IMG/VR virus record: IMGVR_UViG_3300049215_000529
Coordinates: 124,001-188,000 of that record
Reading direction: 5' to 3' (one strand)
DNA: 64,000 nt
The notes below the pieces were generated by a model. The model had not been told where the DNA came from. It ran no database searches and saw nothing but the letters and a program-made list of their open reading frames with translations. How positions within the stretch are numbered: the first letter of the stretch is position 1; the number at the start of each line of letters is the position of its first letter. Made by a program: the position numbers and the translations under genes. Below, in pieces: positions 9,433 to 19,004 of the stretch.

Positions 9433-10624
9433 TCATAAATCTCTTAAAACTCTTTTTACCCTTTTTCACTATAATCTCTTTGCCAAATTGTGATTTAGAA
9501 ATAATAAGTGTTGGATTATCTAAAACTTGAGTATTAATAGTAATACCTTTATTGTTAATTAGATTTCTTGCATCAGTACGAGACTTAGCAAATTCACATT
9601 TAACAATCAAGTCTAAAACATTAGTATTGTCATCGATAGGCGCGGCTTCCATGATAGACGGATCTTTCTTTTCAAAGAGAGACTCTACCACCTCAAGCGT
9701 GATATCGGTTGCATCTTTACCATGTACGATGGTAGTTAATTCGCAAGCCAATCTTTTCTTTGCCGCATTGATTTCCTCTACAGTAGTAAAGGGTATCGTA
9801 GCAATTTCCTGCAGCGACAAGAAGGTCAGCTGCTTAAAGCACTTCATAACCTCTGCGTCTGGAATGTTACGCCAGAACTGAAAAAAGTCGAAGATGCTCG
9901 TCTGCCCTTCTTCCGATAGCCACACTGCTCCCTTTTCGGTTTTCCCCATCTTGGTTCCATCCGAAGTAGTTAGCAAGGGGATTGTCAGTCCGAAAGATTC
10001 CTTGCCTTCTTTTTTATGAATCAAGTCAATACCAGCCAAAATGTTGGACCACTGATCATCGCCACCGATTTGAAGGATACAATCTCTCCAAACGAATAGA
10101 CGGAAGAAGTCAACCGCCTGCATGAGCATGTAATTGAATTCTAAAAATGAAAGTCCAGTCTCCAATCTGCTTTTGAAGCAATCGGCTCGCAGCATGTTGT
10201 TTACTGAGAATAACGGACCAAACTCTCGAATGAAGCTCAGGAAAGTAAAGTGCTGGAAGAATCTTTTGTTGTTGATGATCTGCCAGTCATCTACGCCCAC
10301 AATCTTTTTAATCTGCGGAGTAATGCTTTTGATGTTCGCTTCTACCACATGTTCTTCTAACATGGGGCGCATGCTACTCTTTCCACTCGGATCACCAATC
10401 TGTGCGGTAGCCCCACCAATTAACATGATTGGTATGTGACCAGCATTCGCCAAGCGTTTAGCAGTAATCATCTGTAATAAGTGCCCTACATGCAAACTGT
10501 TTGCAGTGGGATCAAATCCAATGTAAAAAGTAACTTTCTTTTCATTGAGAAGTTCACGGATCTTTTCCGTGTTGGTTGCCTGTTTCACCAGCCCACGCGC
10601 CTCTAAATCTTCAAATAGTTTCAT
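9422..10624 (-). CDS. tyrS: Tyrosyl-tRNA synthetase (bacterial type)
   Basis: YIGFDPT, HVGH, GDPSG, QIGGDDQW, KMGKT, C-terminal S4-like domain. Confidence 0.97.
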   Translation of the reverse strand: MKLFEDLEARGLVKQATNTEKIRELLNEKKVTFYIGFDPTANSLHVGHLLQMITAKRLANAGHIPIMLIGGATAQIGDPSGKSSMRPMLEEHVVEANIKSITPQIKKIVGVDDWQIINNKRFFQHFTFLSFIREFGPLFSVNNMLRADCFKSRLETGLSFLEFNYMLMQAVDFFRLFVWRDCILQIGGDDQWSNILAGIDLIHKKEGKESFGLTIPLLTTSDGTKMGKTEKGAVWLSEEGQTSIFDFFQFWRNIPDAEVMKCFKQLTFLSLQEIATIPFTTVEEINAAKKRLACELTTIVHGKDATDITLEVVESLFEKKDPSIMEAAPIDDNTNVLDLIVKCEFAKSRTDARNLINNKGITINTQVLDNPTLIISKSQFGKEIIVKKGKKSFKRFMIEE

Positions 10625-10630
10625 GTCTTT

Positions 10631-11077
10631 TTATAGATTAAAGTAATTTACGTACGTACCTTCACGATGTGTTTCGGAAATGTTCTTAGCAATGACTTCA
10701 CAAATAGATTTTAAATCTTCTAAAGTTTTGTATGGTCCTCGATACGAAGTTTTGGTAGGTAGTCCTGGACTTTCCCAGTGTTCCATGCTGGTAGTGTATC
10801 CACCAATACCTTCTTGATCAGTCGGGCAAATCATTCCAAAATCATGCTCAAATAAATCTGATTTATCTCGCATGGCATGACCAAAAAATCCGATACAATC
10901 TTTAATAGGTAAGGGAGCCTCTATAACGCCAAACCATGCTCCACTTTTTAAACGAGAACACCATGCAGGGTATCCGACAGCAGTAGTCCATTCAGCATAG
11001 TCTGGTTCATTATCCCATGGACCAGATTTCCAATTAGAACGATCTATCTTTTTAGCTTTTTGATATTCTCGATCCAT
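10631..11077 (-). CDS. Hypothetical protein
   Basis: ORF between tRNA array and tyrS. Confidence 0.6.
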   Translation of the reverse strand: MDREYQKAKKIDRSNWKSGPWDNEPDYAEWTTAVGYPAWCSRLKSGAWFGVIEAPLPIKDCIGFFGHAMRDKSDLFEHDFGMICPTDQEGIGGYTTSMEHWESPGLPTKTSYRGPYKTLEDLKSICEVIAKNISETHREGTYVNYFNL

Positions 11078-11092
11078 TTATAATCCACAAAT

Positions 11093-11113
11093 AAAAATAG
11101 CTCCTTTCGGAGC
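11093..11113 (-). terminator. Intrinsic terminator after tRNA array
   Basis: GCTCC-GAAA-GGAGC followed by TATTTTT on the minus strand. Confidence 0.7.
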
Positions 11114-11116
11114 TTC

Positions 11117-11191
11117 TGGTATCCCCAACAGGAATCGAACCTGTACTGATCGTTTCGAAGACGATCGTGATATCCTTTTCACTATAGGGAC
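11117..11191 (-). tRNA. tRNA-Arg(TCG)
   Basis: ATCGT-CT TCG AA-ACGAT arm, GTTCGA T loop, encoded CCA. Confidence 0.85.
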
Positions 11192-11228
11192 ATACATCTC
11201 TTATGTCAAGGGATCAATCTCAAAATAA

Positions 11229-11307
11229 GAGCGGTCTTTGACTCGAACGTTTCTCGATGATGAAATTCCGAATATCTGGTTCCTGCATGTAAATGCTTCA
11301 TTCGCTC
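11229..11307 (-). ncRNA. Candidate structured RNA motif, copy A
   Basis: GAGCG/CGCTC closing stem; CGAATG, TTACATG, TCATCA blocks shared with 61624..61743. Confidence 0.4.
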
Positions 11308-11373
11308 ATCTTGCGAATGGGATCCATGCCCCGTCTTTCCTTAAAAGAAACGGCATGACAGCGACGACTGCCC

Positions 11374-11452
<79 letters not shown>

Positions 11453-11456
11453 ATAA

Positions 11457-11894
11457 TTACAAACGTATGCCTTTATAGTAGTTGAATTGCTTTGCTGTTT
11501 TCTTTTTGTGACAGTTGGCACACCTTACGTCACATTTTTGAATTTCTTGTTTTATTGTCTCCAAGCTGAGCGTTCGCATCTCGCTCACATTATAAGTCTT
11601 GTCGCTACGATGGTCAAATTCTAAAACTATCGGATCTGTTTCTCCACAATCAATACATGGATTTTCTTTCAAGTAATCAATCATGAACTGCAAATTACTT
11701 ACTCTAATTTTATAATTGCGTTTCTTTGCTTTCGCAAGGTAATAATCTGTACGTAACTCGTAATGTTCTTTGTGAAGAACAGCTATACATTTCTTGCAAC
11801 GATGCTGAAGTCCGTCTTTCGAGCCAGCTCTTTTATTGAAATGATCTTCTAATGGGGTAGGATAATCTGTTTTACACTTCGTACAAATCTTCAT
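11457..11894 (-). CDS. HNH homing endonuclease
   Basis: CIDCG...LEFDH...CANCH. Confidence 0.8.
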   Translation of the reverse strand: MKICTKCKTDYPTPLEDHFNKRAGSKDGLQHRCKKCIAVLHKEHYELRTDYYLAKAKKRNYKIRVSNLQFMIDYLKENPCIDCGETDPIVLEFDHRSDKTYNVSEMRTLSLETIKQEIQKCDVRCANCHKKKTAKQFNYYKGIRL

Positions 11895-11935
11895 ACAAAG
11901 GATACGAAACTATTGATACATTTCGTATCAAATTC

Positions 11936-12021
11936 TGGCACGCCCGCTCGGAGTTGAACCGAGATAAAGAGTTTCGTAGACTCTTACGTAGACTCTTACG
12001 TAGATCCGCTACGACGGGCGT
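11936..12021 (-). pseudogene. Pseudo-tRNA-Arg(ACG) with a 12-bp tandem duplication in the D/anticodon region
   Basis: Intact acceptor stem, T arm, CCA and AAGAGT-CT ACG AA-ACTCTT arm; CGTAGACTCTTA x2 plus a partial third copy. Confidence 0.7.
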
Positions 12022-12024
12022 ATT

Positions 12025-12099
12025 TGGTATCTCTGATTGGACTCGAACCAACATAAAACTGCTTAGAAGGCAGCTGCCTTTCCATTAGACTACAGAGAC
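12025..12099 (-). tRNA. tRNA-Arg(TCT)
   Basis: GCTGC-CT TCT AA-GCAGT arm, CCA. Confidence 0.88.
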
Positions 12100-12116
12100 A
12101 TAAAACAAAACTTACT

Positions 12117-12193
12117 TGGCATGCCCAGAAGGATTTGAACCCTCAACCTATCGGGTAGAAGCCGATCGCTCTGTCCAGTTGAGCTATGAGCAC
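12117..12193 (-). tRNA. tRNA-Arg(TCT), second copy
   Basis: ATCGG-CT TCT AC-CCGAT arm, CCA. Confidence 0.9.
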
Positions 12194-12213
12194 ATAAAGA
12201 AACCAAAGTTTCT

Positions 12214-12288
12214 TGGTGATCCCTACGGGAATCGAACCCGTGTTAACAGATTGAGAATCTGCCGTCCTAGCCGCTAGACGAAGGGACC
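12214..12288 (-). tRNA. tRNA-Glu(CTC)
   Basis: GCAGA-TT CTC AA-TCTGT arm, CCA. Confidence 0.9.
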
Positions 12289-12319
12289 ATCGTATCTATT
12301 ATATCAGCTTATTAGCCGA

Positions 12320-12517
12320 TTAATGCCATCTAATTTCTTGTGGCTTTGGTTTGCAAACCGCAGGAGAATCAACTCCGTAAAATCCACAATACTCACCACG
12401 AGAACACTCACCATCATTTCCACAGAATTTTGCACCCTTAGGAACCGAACTCATGTCTACTTTATAAGCACATCCGATAACAAAAGCAACTGCTAACAAA
12501 ATTAATACTTTTTTCAT
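12320..12517 (-). CDS. Small Cys-rich predicted lipoprotein
   Basis: Signal peptide with VIGC lipobox; CxxDxECxxGxxC. Confidence 0.6.
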   Translation of the reverse strand: MKKVLILLAVAFVIGCAYKVDMSSVPKGAKFCGNDGECSRGEYCGFYGVDSPAVCKPKPQEIRWH

Positions 12518-12592
12518 TGGTGATCTGTACGAGAATCGAACTCGTGTGACAGCCTTGAAAGGGCTGGGTCCTAACCGCTAGACGAACAGACC
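12518..12592 (-). tRNA. tRNA-Glu(TTC)
   Basis: CAGCC-CT TTC AA-GGCTG arm, CCA. Confidence 0.92.
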
Positions 12593-12594
12593 GT

Positions 12595-12669
12595 TGGTAC
12601 TCCGTAGGGGTATCGATCCCCTTTTTCCTGGGTGAAAACCAAGTATCCTAGCCACTAGATGAACGGAGC
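12595..12669 (-). tRNA. tRNA-Glu(TTC), second copy, ATCGA T loop
   Basis: CTTGG-TT TTC AC-CCAGG arm, CCA. Confidence 0.85.
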
Positions 12670-12678
12670 ATAACTTAC

Positions 12679-12755
12679 TGGGGTGAGCGACGGGATTCGA
12701 ACCCGCTTATCGAGTGGTCACAACACCCGACCATTACCAAATGGAAACGCACACC
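12679..12755 (-). tRNA. tRNA-His(GTG)
   Basis: GGGTG-TT GTG AC-CACTC arm, encoded G-1 and C73, CCA. Confidence 0.85.
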
Positions 12756-12766
12756 ATAAACTTACT

Positions 12767-12843
12767 TGGGGTGTCGTACGGGTTTCGATCCCGTCGAAGA
12801 TTGGTTCACAGCCAACCGGGGTCACCAGCTCCCTCACGACACC
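12767..12843 (-). tRNA. tRNA-His(GTG), second copy, ATCGA T loop
   Basis: GTTGG-CT GTG AA-CCAAT arm, encoded G-1 and C73, CCA. Confidence 0.85.
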
Positions 12844-12910
12844 ATAATCTGGTAATATTCTTGCTTAATTATTAGTATATTTCTATATATCCTAGTTCAA
12901 GGGGTTTTTA

Positions 12911-13318
12911 ATGTCCTACACAATCGAGCAATTATTAACTTTAGCCACTCAATTTGATGAGCTATCTTCGGAGTCTTTGCAGAAAACTGCTGCAAAGAAA
13001 GAGAAAAAGAAGCTAGATCCTAAGGCTGAAGTTCGTAATAGAGGCAACGTTTGTGTTCCAGCTGAACAAGCCAAGGACAAGAAAGACCATTTCCCAATTA
13101 ATAATGCCGATCAAGCACGTAATGCTTTGTCTCGTGTTCATCAATACAGCTCTGTTCCAGAGTGGTACAAAGGTTCTTTGAAGGGTCTTCAAGCTTTAGT
13201 AGCAAGAAAAGTAAAAGCTAAGTATCCAAAGATTGATGTCGGCGGTAAAGATAAGAAATCCAAGAAAGCTGCTTTGGATGAAATCAATTCACTTCTTTCC
13301 AAGTACGCTGCTGAGTAA
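12911..13318 (+). CDS. Basic hypothetical protein with HFPI...ARNAL motif (DUF6582-like)
   Basis: KKDHFPINNADQARNALSR; lone plus-strand gene. Confidence 0.6.
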   Translation: MSYTIEQLLTLATQFDELSSESLQKTAAKKEKKKLDPKAEVRNRGNVCVPAEQAKDKKDHFPINNADQARNALSRVHQYSSVPEWYKGSLKGLQALVARKVKAKYPKIDVGGKDKKSKKAALDEINSLLSKYAAE

Positions 13319-13477
13319 TTCTTTATATTCTTCACCACATCTCTTCTCGTGAGTTTCATAATTCACGACATCAATATTTGTGTGACAAGTAGGGCACTCA
13401 TAGCAGCAAGGCATGATGTGAGCAACATCAAAGTCGCCGTCATGACAATGACAATCACATTCTTCACCGAATAACAT
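13289..13477 (-). CDS. Small Cys/His-rich hypothetical protein
   Basis: CDCHCH and CCYECPTCH; abuts the upstream HNH stop. Confidence 0.5.
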   Translation of the reverse strand: MLFGEECDCHCHDGDFDVAHIMPCCYECPTCHTNIDVVNYETHEKRCGEEYKELLSSVLGKK

Positions 13478-13967
13478 TTATTTAGCCTTCATATTTTTAG
13501 AACAAAAATTATCTGTTTGTGAATGACAGTTAGGGCAAAGGAATCTAAGATTTTCTCTGCGATTATCAAGCCCATTACCATTTTTATGATCAACTTGAAG
13601 AACTAATTTCTTACCGTTCCATTCTGATTTCAAACCACATTCACACTGTTCTGGAACGCCAGACTCTACTAGTGCTCGTTTTATTTTCCAACCATGATCT
13701 CTGCGACCGCCCAGTCTATCAAAAACAAGAATAGTTTCAGCCGATAATTTTGGAAATCCACCTTTATGAGGTTTGCCTTGGTTAGTAGCTAAACCTGTAA
13801 AATGTGAGGTATCTATGTTATAAAGTTTAAATCTGGATTTCAAATGAGAACTGCTGCCACCACTTATCTTTAAACCAAGCTCTCTCATTACCTGCTAGTA
13901 AGAGAAACACTTTTTTAACAATTGGCTCTAATAGTTCTTTGGAATATTTTTGATTGTTCTTACTCAT
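13478..13967 (-). pseudogene. HNH endonuclease with a frameshifted 5' end (intact ORF 13478..13888)
   Basis: LQVDHKNG...NLRFLCPNCHSQT; upstream ATG at 13967 (MSKNNQKYSKELLEPIVKK) is 1 nt out of frame across an A6 run. Confidence 0.65.
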
Positions 13968-13975
13968 TTAGAATC

Positions 13976-14061
13976 TGGTACTACTGGAGGGACTTGAACC
14001 CCCATGCCCTTACGAGCGCAACGTTCTTAGCGTTGTGTGTCTGCCGTTCCACCACAGTAGC
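13976..14061 (-). tRNA. tRNA-Leu(AAG)
   Basis: CAACG-CT AAG AA-CGTTG arm, long variable arm, CCA. Confidence 0.88.
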
Positions 14062-14066
14062 ATAAG

Positions 14067-14152
14067 TGGTGCTATCAGAGGGACTTGAACCCCCACGGGA
14101 TTACTCCCAACAGGTTCTAAGCCTGCCGCGTCTGCCGTTCCGCCATGATAGC
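14067..14152 (-). tRNA. tRNA-Leu(TAG)
   Basis: GCAGG-CT TAG AA-CCTGT arm, long variable arm, CCA. Confidence 0.92.
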
Positions 14153-14156
14153 ATTT

Positions 14157-14233
14157 TGGTGCTCAAGATGGGAGTCGAACCCATAAAACCTACTTTCTGA
14201 GAGTAGTACGTATGCCAATTCCGTCACCTGAGC
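14157..14233 (-). tRNA. tRNA-Leu(CAG) with short variable loop
   Basis: CTACT-CT CAG AA-AGTAG arm, 5-nt variable region, CCA. Confidence 0.82.
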
Positions 14234-14288
14234 GTGATGCCTTTATATATCGTCTTATTCCCAGATTTCTCGGAGAATGTCACCCACT

Positions 14289-14317
14289 AAGATAAGTCGG
14301 CAGCACATGATTGTCAA
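14289..14317 (-). promoter_or_regulatory. sigma70-like promoter TTGACA-N17-TATCTT before tRNA-Leu genes
   Basis: Motif in intergenic DNA. Confidence 0.5.
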
Positions 14318-14338
14318 GACTGACAATTTTAAAATTAA

Positions 14339-14425
14339 TGGTGGTCATGGTGGGAATCGAACCCACACGGGATTGCTCCCAACAGTTTTTGAGACTGCCG
14401 CGTCTGCCTATTCCGCCACACGACC
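14339..14425 (-). tRNA. tRNA-Leu(CAA)
   Basis: GCAGT-CT CAA AA-ACTGT arm, long variable arm, CCA. Confidence 0.92.
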
Positions 14426-14447
14426 AGTAAGACTATACCAAAATATT

Positions 14448-14475
14448 AATATAACCACTATAGTTAGAGTGTCAA
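14448..14475 (-). promoter_or_regulatory. sigma70-like promoter TTGACA-N16-TATATT
   Basis: Motif directly upstream of tRNA-Leu(CAA). Confidence 0.6.
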
Positions 14476-14481
14476 GCGTGA

Positions 14482-16053
14482 TTATTTTAAGAAATGGTAA
14501 GCTGCCGTTGTTAAAAATTCTTCGAATCGTTCAGCTGTAGATAATGAAACAAACAGATCACGCGCTTTATATCCATTATCAAAATCCTTAGTTTCTTTTT
14601 GAAGAGTTATCATTTCCTCATCAACCATTTCTAGAAACCAATCTTTAGTTAGTGTTTGTTTATCTTCATCGGCAGTTACTATTGCCACCTTATGTCGCAA
14701 CCACTGCCAAACCTGGGAGCGGGATATTTCTGCCGTTGCAGCGTCCTCCATTAAGTTATAAATTGGGACACAGCCTTGTCCGGACAACCATGCTGCCAAA
14801 TAACGGATGCCGACGCGAATGTTATAACGTAAACCAGCTTCAGTACAAGTCCCTTCTGGTACAGCCAGTAAATCTTGTTCAGTCACTGTTGAATAGTGAA
14901 TGTTGCCAATTTGATTAGAGTGAGGCATGTATTCGTCAAAAATTTGACGAGCTACTGGAACCAATCCAGGATGGGCTACCCACGTTCCATCATGACCAGC
15001 TTTGACCTCGCGTAGCTTGTCAGCCTTTACTTTAGCCATAGCAGCTTCATTGGCTTTTGGATCGTCCTTAATTGGAATCTGTGCAGCCATACCGCCCATA
15101 GCATGGACATTTCTCTTATGGCAAGTCTGAATTAGGAGCTGGACATACGCATTAAGAAATCCTTTGTCCATTGTCAATTGAGCGCGATCGGGTAGAATAA
15201 ATTCCGGTTTATTCGCAAACTTTTTAATAAAGCTGAAAAGATAATCCCAACGCCCGCAATTCAAGCCAGCTGAATGATCTTTTAATTCCCATAGAAATTC
15301 ATTCATTTCAAATGCGGCATAGATGTTTTCAATTAAACAAGTTGCTTTAATTGTGCCTTTTGGAATTTTGAATTTCTTTTGAGAATAAACAAAAATATCA
15401 TTCCATAGACGAGCTTCCAAATAACTTTCCATTTTAGGAAGGTAAAAATAAGGAGCAGTTCCTCTTTCCATCAATTCTTTAACATTGTGGAAAAAGTATA
15501 AACCAAAATCCAATAGAGCTGCTGGAATGGGCATATTGTCTAACATAAAGTTCTTTTCGACTAAATGCCAACCACGCGGTCTGACCATCAAGACAGCAGT
15601 TTTTTCATTGAGTTTGTAGTCTTTACCTGCGTCTGATGTGAAGGTTATGGTGCGACGGACGGCATCCATCAAGTTAACCTGACCTTGCATCATGTTTTCC
15701 CATGTAGGAGAGTTAGAGTCTTCTAGGTCAGCCATGAACACATTAGCGCCCGAATTAAGGGCATTGATGATCATTTTGCGTTCGGTTGGTCCCGTAATCT
15801 CTACTCGCCTATCTAATAAGTCAGCAGGCAATGAAGCTACAGTCCAATCCGAACCACGGATGTGTGCGGTATTTGGTAAGAAGTATGGGAGCAAATCATG
15901 TCTATCCAACAGGGCTTGTCTTGCCTGGCGAGAAAATAATATCTCATTGACTCTTGGCGCAAACCTATTTACCAAATCAACCACAAAAAAGATTGCTTCA
16001 TCTGTTAATATGGTGTCTTTATATTTATCTAAATTAACTATCTCTATTCTCAT
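14482..16053 (-). CDS. aceB: Malate synthase A
   Basis: DRRVEITGP, MADLEDS, VRPRGWH, GLNCGRWDY, GCVPIYNLMEDAATAEISR. Confidence 0.97.
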   Translation of the reverse strand: MRIEIVNLDKYKDTILTDEAIFFVVDLVNRFAPRVNEILFSRQARQALLDRHDLLPYFLPNTAHIRGSDWTVASLPADLLDRRVEITGPTERKMIINALNSGANVFMADLEDSNSPTWENMMQGQVNLMDAVRRTITFTSDAGKDYKLNEKTAVLMVRPRGWHLVEKNFMLDNMPIPAALLDFGLYFFHNVKELMERGTAPYFYLPKMESYLEARLWNDIFVYSQKKFKIPKGTIKATCLIENIYAAFEMNEFLWELKDHSAGLNCGRWDYLFSFIKKFANKPEFILPDRAQLTMDKGFLNAYVQLLIQTCHKRNVHAMGGMAAQIPIKDDPKANEAAMAKVKADKLREVKAGHDGTWVAHPGLVPVARQIFDEYMPHSNQIGNIHYSTVTEQDLLAVPEGTCTEAGLRYNIRVGIRYLAAWLSGQGCVPIYNLMEDAATAEISRSQVWQWLRHKVAIVTADEDKQTLTKDWFLEMVDEEMITLQKETKDFDNGYKARDLFVSLSTAERFEEFLTTAAYHFLK

Positions 16054-16508
16054 TTTAGAACTGCTTTAGAAAATTTTTGATTCCATTCATCAATGGAACA
16101 GCCTTCAATTCGAAGCTCTGCTTCATACCAATTTTGGTCTTTCGCAGTCTTCTTCATATGACAACTGGCACACCTTATTACGCACTTTTCAATTTCTTTT
16201 TTAAGTAGTAGAAGAGAATGTCCACCATTCGCCAAAATTCCTACATTCATAAACTTAATATCACTCACGTGATCGAATTGTAGACAAATTGGATTACTTT
16301 CACCGCAGTCTACACACGGATGAGATTTTTTATATTCCCATAAAAACTGTCTCTTCCTGCGACGAGACTTTTCTTTTTGCTTCAATCCATTTTTCTTGTC
16401 GCATTTTTTACAAAGATATTTAGTATAAATACCTTTACCGCCCTTATTTCTATTATCCTTAAAACAATAAAAAATCAGAAACAGATTTTTCCTCTTTGCA
16501 GACGCCAC
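16050..16508 (-). CDS. HNH homing endonuclease between aceA and aceB
   Basis: CVDCG...LQFDH...CASCH; ATGA overlap with aceB. Confidence 0.8.
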   Translation of the reverse strand: MASAKRKNLFLIFYCFKDNRNKGGKGIYTKYLCKKCDKKNGLKQKEKSRRRKRQFLWEYKKSHPCVDCGESNPICLQFDHVSDIKFMNVGILANGGHSLLLLKKEIEKCVIRCASCHMKKTAKDQNWYEAELRIEGCSIDEWNQKFSKAVLK

Positions 16509-16565
16509 ATATTTTTGTATTTTTCATGCCATCATACAGAAGTATTGATAGGCACGTTGATGATA

Positions 16566-17798
16566 TTAAAACTGATCTTTTTCAGTACTGTCAGGAAGTG
16601 CTAAAGTAGAAGAGCTGCCTGAAGAAATTACAGTGGAAATTTGGTCAAAATAATTTGCACCAACCTCGCGTTGGTGTTTTACTGCTGTATATCCCGCTGC
16701 GACATTTTCGAATTCAGCTTCTTGCAAAGATGAGTAGGCACTCATGCCACTTGTCTTATATGCCTGCGCTAAAGTAAACATTGAATGATTTAGAGCATGA
16801 AATCCTGCCAAAGTGACGAATTGGAATTTATATCCTAATGCTCCTAGTTCATCTTGGAAAGAAGCAATTTGAGATTCTGATAAATTCTTTTTCCAATTGA
16901 AAGAAGGAGAGCAATTATAAGCCAAGGGCATGTTTGGGAAATTTTTATGAATTTCATCTGCAAACTCTTTAGCTTGACCAATATCGGGCGTAGAAGTTTC
17001 CATCCACAACATATCCGCATAAGGCGCATAAGCCAAGCCTCGGGCAATACAATACTCTACACCATTCTTAATTTTGAAAAAACCTTCGTCGGTACGCTCA
17101 GAAGATACAATGAAGGGACGATCTCTTTCGTCAGCATCTGTAGTAATTAATTTGGCTGAATCGGCATCTGTACGGGCAATGATAATAGTTCTGGTACCGC
17201 AGATATCGGCAGCTAGGCGAGCAGCGACTAATGATTTTATAAATTGATTCATGGGGACTAATACCTTGCCGCCCATATGACCGCACTTCTTTTCAGAAGA
17301 TAATTGATCCTCGAAATGTACGCCAGCAGCTCCCGCCTCAATCATACCCTTCATTAATTCAAAAGAATTAAGAGGTCCACCAAAGCCTGCCTCGGCATCA
17401 GCTACGATAGGAGCAAGCCAATATCTTTGAGGACATCCCTCCGCGCTCTCTATCTGATCAGCCCTAAGAAGTGCTGAGTTAATCTTTTTGACAACACTTG
17501 GAACGCTATTAGCAGGATACAAAGATTGGTCAGGATACATTTGACCAGCTAGATTAGCATCTGCCGCTACTTGCCAGCCCGAAAGATAAATCGCATGGAG
17601 CCCAGCTTTTACTTGTTGAACTGCCTGGTTACCAGTTAAAGCTCCCAAAGCTTTTACATATGGATCTACATTAAACAGAGTCCACAATCTTTCACAACCT
17701 AATTTTGCTATTGTATACTCGATTTGAAAGGAACCCCTTAATTTATCCACATCTTGCTTAGAGTAAACACGGAATTCATTAGGCTTATAGACACTCAT
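16566..17798 (-). CDS. aceA: Isocitrate lyase
   Basis: [15 protein letters not shown], catalytic [27 protein letters not shown]. Confidence 0.97.
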   Translation of the reverse strand: MSVYKPNEFRVYSKQDVDKLRGSFQIEYTIAKLGCERLWTLFNVDPYVKALGALTGNQAVQQVKAGLHAIYLSGWQVAADANLAGQMYPDQSLYPANSVPSVVKKINSALLRADQIESAEGCPQRYWLAPIVADAEAGFGGPLNSFELMKGMIEAGAAGVHFEDQLSSEKKCGHMGGKVLVPMNQFIKSLVAARLAADICGTRTIIIARTDADSAKLITTDADERDRPFIVSSERTDEGFFKIKNGVEYCIARGLAYAPYADMLWMETSTPDIGQAKEFADEIHKNFPNMPLAYNCSPSFNWKKNLSESQIASFQDELGALGYKFQFVTLAGFHALNHSMFTLAQAYKTSGMSAYSSLQEAEFENVAAGYTAVKHQREVGANYFDQISTVISSGSSSTLALPDSTEKDQF

Positions 17799-18269
17799 TT
17801 ATTCTCCATTAGGGTCGATAAAGATGATTTGCTTACCAATAGATTTCGCATAATTGATACAATTAGCAGTACCACCTGCTGTTCCGTCCCAAATTGCGAT
17901 TAAGATATCGCAATGGTCCACCATCCATTGATTGCGAATCTGCATTTTTGCCGCAGAATATCCGCCAGGAGAAACAACAACTTTTTCAATTGCGAATCTC
18001 AATAACATTCTGTAAATGTATTGTGAATGAAATGGCCAAGCATTATCTTGGTTTTCAAAAGGCACGGCTGCGGTAAAGGGAATATTTAATTTAATAGCAA
18101 TGAAAGCTGCCCATTGATCTATACCTAAAGCCATTCCAGAGATGACTCTATCAGGTTTTAGTTCACGGAGCTTGGCATCAATTTTCTTACAAACACGAAT
18201 ATAAGTTGGATTGGGAATCTTATATCCGCCGAGTTTGTCAGGTCGATGTCCAGTAAATGCTATTATCAT
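17799..18269 (-). CDS. SLOG-superfamily protein (YspA/DUF1273-like)
   Basis: FTGHRP, SGMALGIDQ, RNQWMVD, GGTANC. Confidence 0.8.
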   Translation of the reverse strand: MIIAFTGHRPDKLGGYKIPNPTYIRVCKKIDAKLRELKPDRVISGMALGIDQWAAFIAIKLNIPFTAAVPFENQDNAWPFHSQYIYRMLLRFAIEKVVVSPGGYSAAKMQIRNQWMVDHCDILIAIWDGTAGGTANCINYAKSIGKQIIFIDPNGE

Positions 18270-18643
18270 TTAGGAGTTCGTTTTCTTGGTGAATAATCTT
18301 TGTATATGTATCGTTTGCAGTAAGACTTATATGATTGGTATGTGCCACCAATTGCCACAACAACTTCTCTCCATTTTTTACCATGATATGGAATATTATT
18401 AGAAGTACAGCTAATAATATGTGCAACCTCATGTAGCAGTGTAAATTTTTCTCTTAATTGCGTTTTACGGCGCAAACATATCCAACCAGGATAATCATTA
18501 TGATTGCAATGTGCATGTGCCGCATGATGCTTATTAATTTCACATTTTTCTACACATTCACCAATACAAATTCCCCTAACTTCTTTGAAGTGTCGAATAC
18601 ATTTAGGAAATTGTGAGCGTCTTCTAATTTTCACTCCAATCAT
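18266..18643 (-). CDS. SprT-like metalloprotease-domain protein
   Basis: HEVAH and HGKKW. Confidence 0.55.
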   Translation of the reverse strand: MIGVKIRRRSQFPKCIRHFKEVRGICIGECVEKCEINKHHAAHAHCNHNDYPGWICLRRKTQLREKFTLLHEVAHIISCTSNNIPYHGKKWREVVVAIGGTYQSYKSYCKRYIYKDYSPRKRTPK

Positions 18644-18996
18644 TTTTTCGCTCTAAATCCTGGACATTCATCTACGCCACAGTATTTGCAGCCCACTGGA
18701 GCCATTTCATCATAACTATCAAAGTGGCGATAATATGGATGATCGCATTCACATGGAAGCTCATCACCATAGAAGGGATCATATTTGGAAGATAACTCTT
18801 CATCTAGGTTATCTTCCTCATCGTCTGCACCTTCTTCAGGAGGAGGCATACCTAGTTGCTCTTGCTCAATCATTTGCATAAACTGCTCACTCAATTCTGT
18901 AAATTCGCCATTACGTTGTAGATAGAACATGCCGACAAATTGTCCGCCCAGCGTGCCCAATTCTTCTACTTTGACTCTTACTTTGCCATGAATCAA
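18640..18996 (-). CDS. Acidic hypothetical protein with C-terminal Cys/His cluster
   Basis: CECDH...H...CKYC...C. Confidence 0.55.
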   Translation of the reverse strand: MIHGKVRVKVEELGTLGGQFVGMFYLQRNGEFTELSEQFMQMIEQEQLGMPPPEEGADDEEDNLDEELSSKYDPFYGDELPCECDHPYYRHFDSYDEMAPVGCKYCGVDECPGFRAKK

Positions 18997-19004
18997 TGTA
19001 TTAA

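Noticed and set aside
11184-11210. TTGACA-N17-TATAGT promoter-like match
   Set aside because: The -10 hexamer lies inside the tRNA-Arg(TCG) body, so it cannot drive that tRNA.
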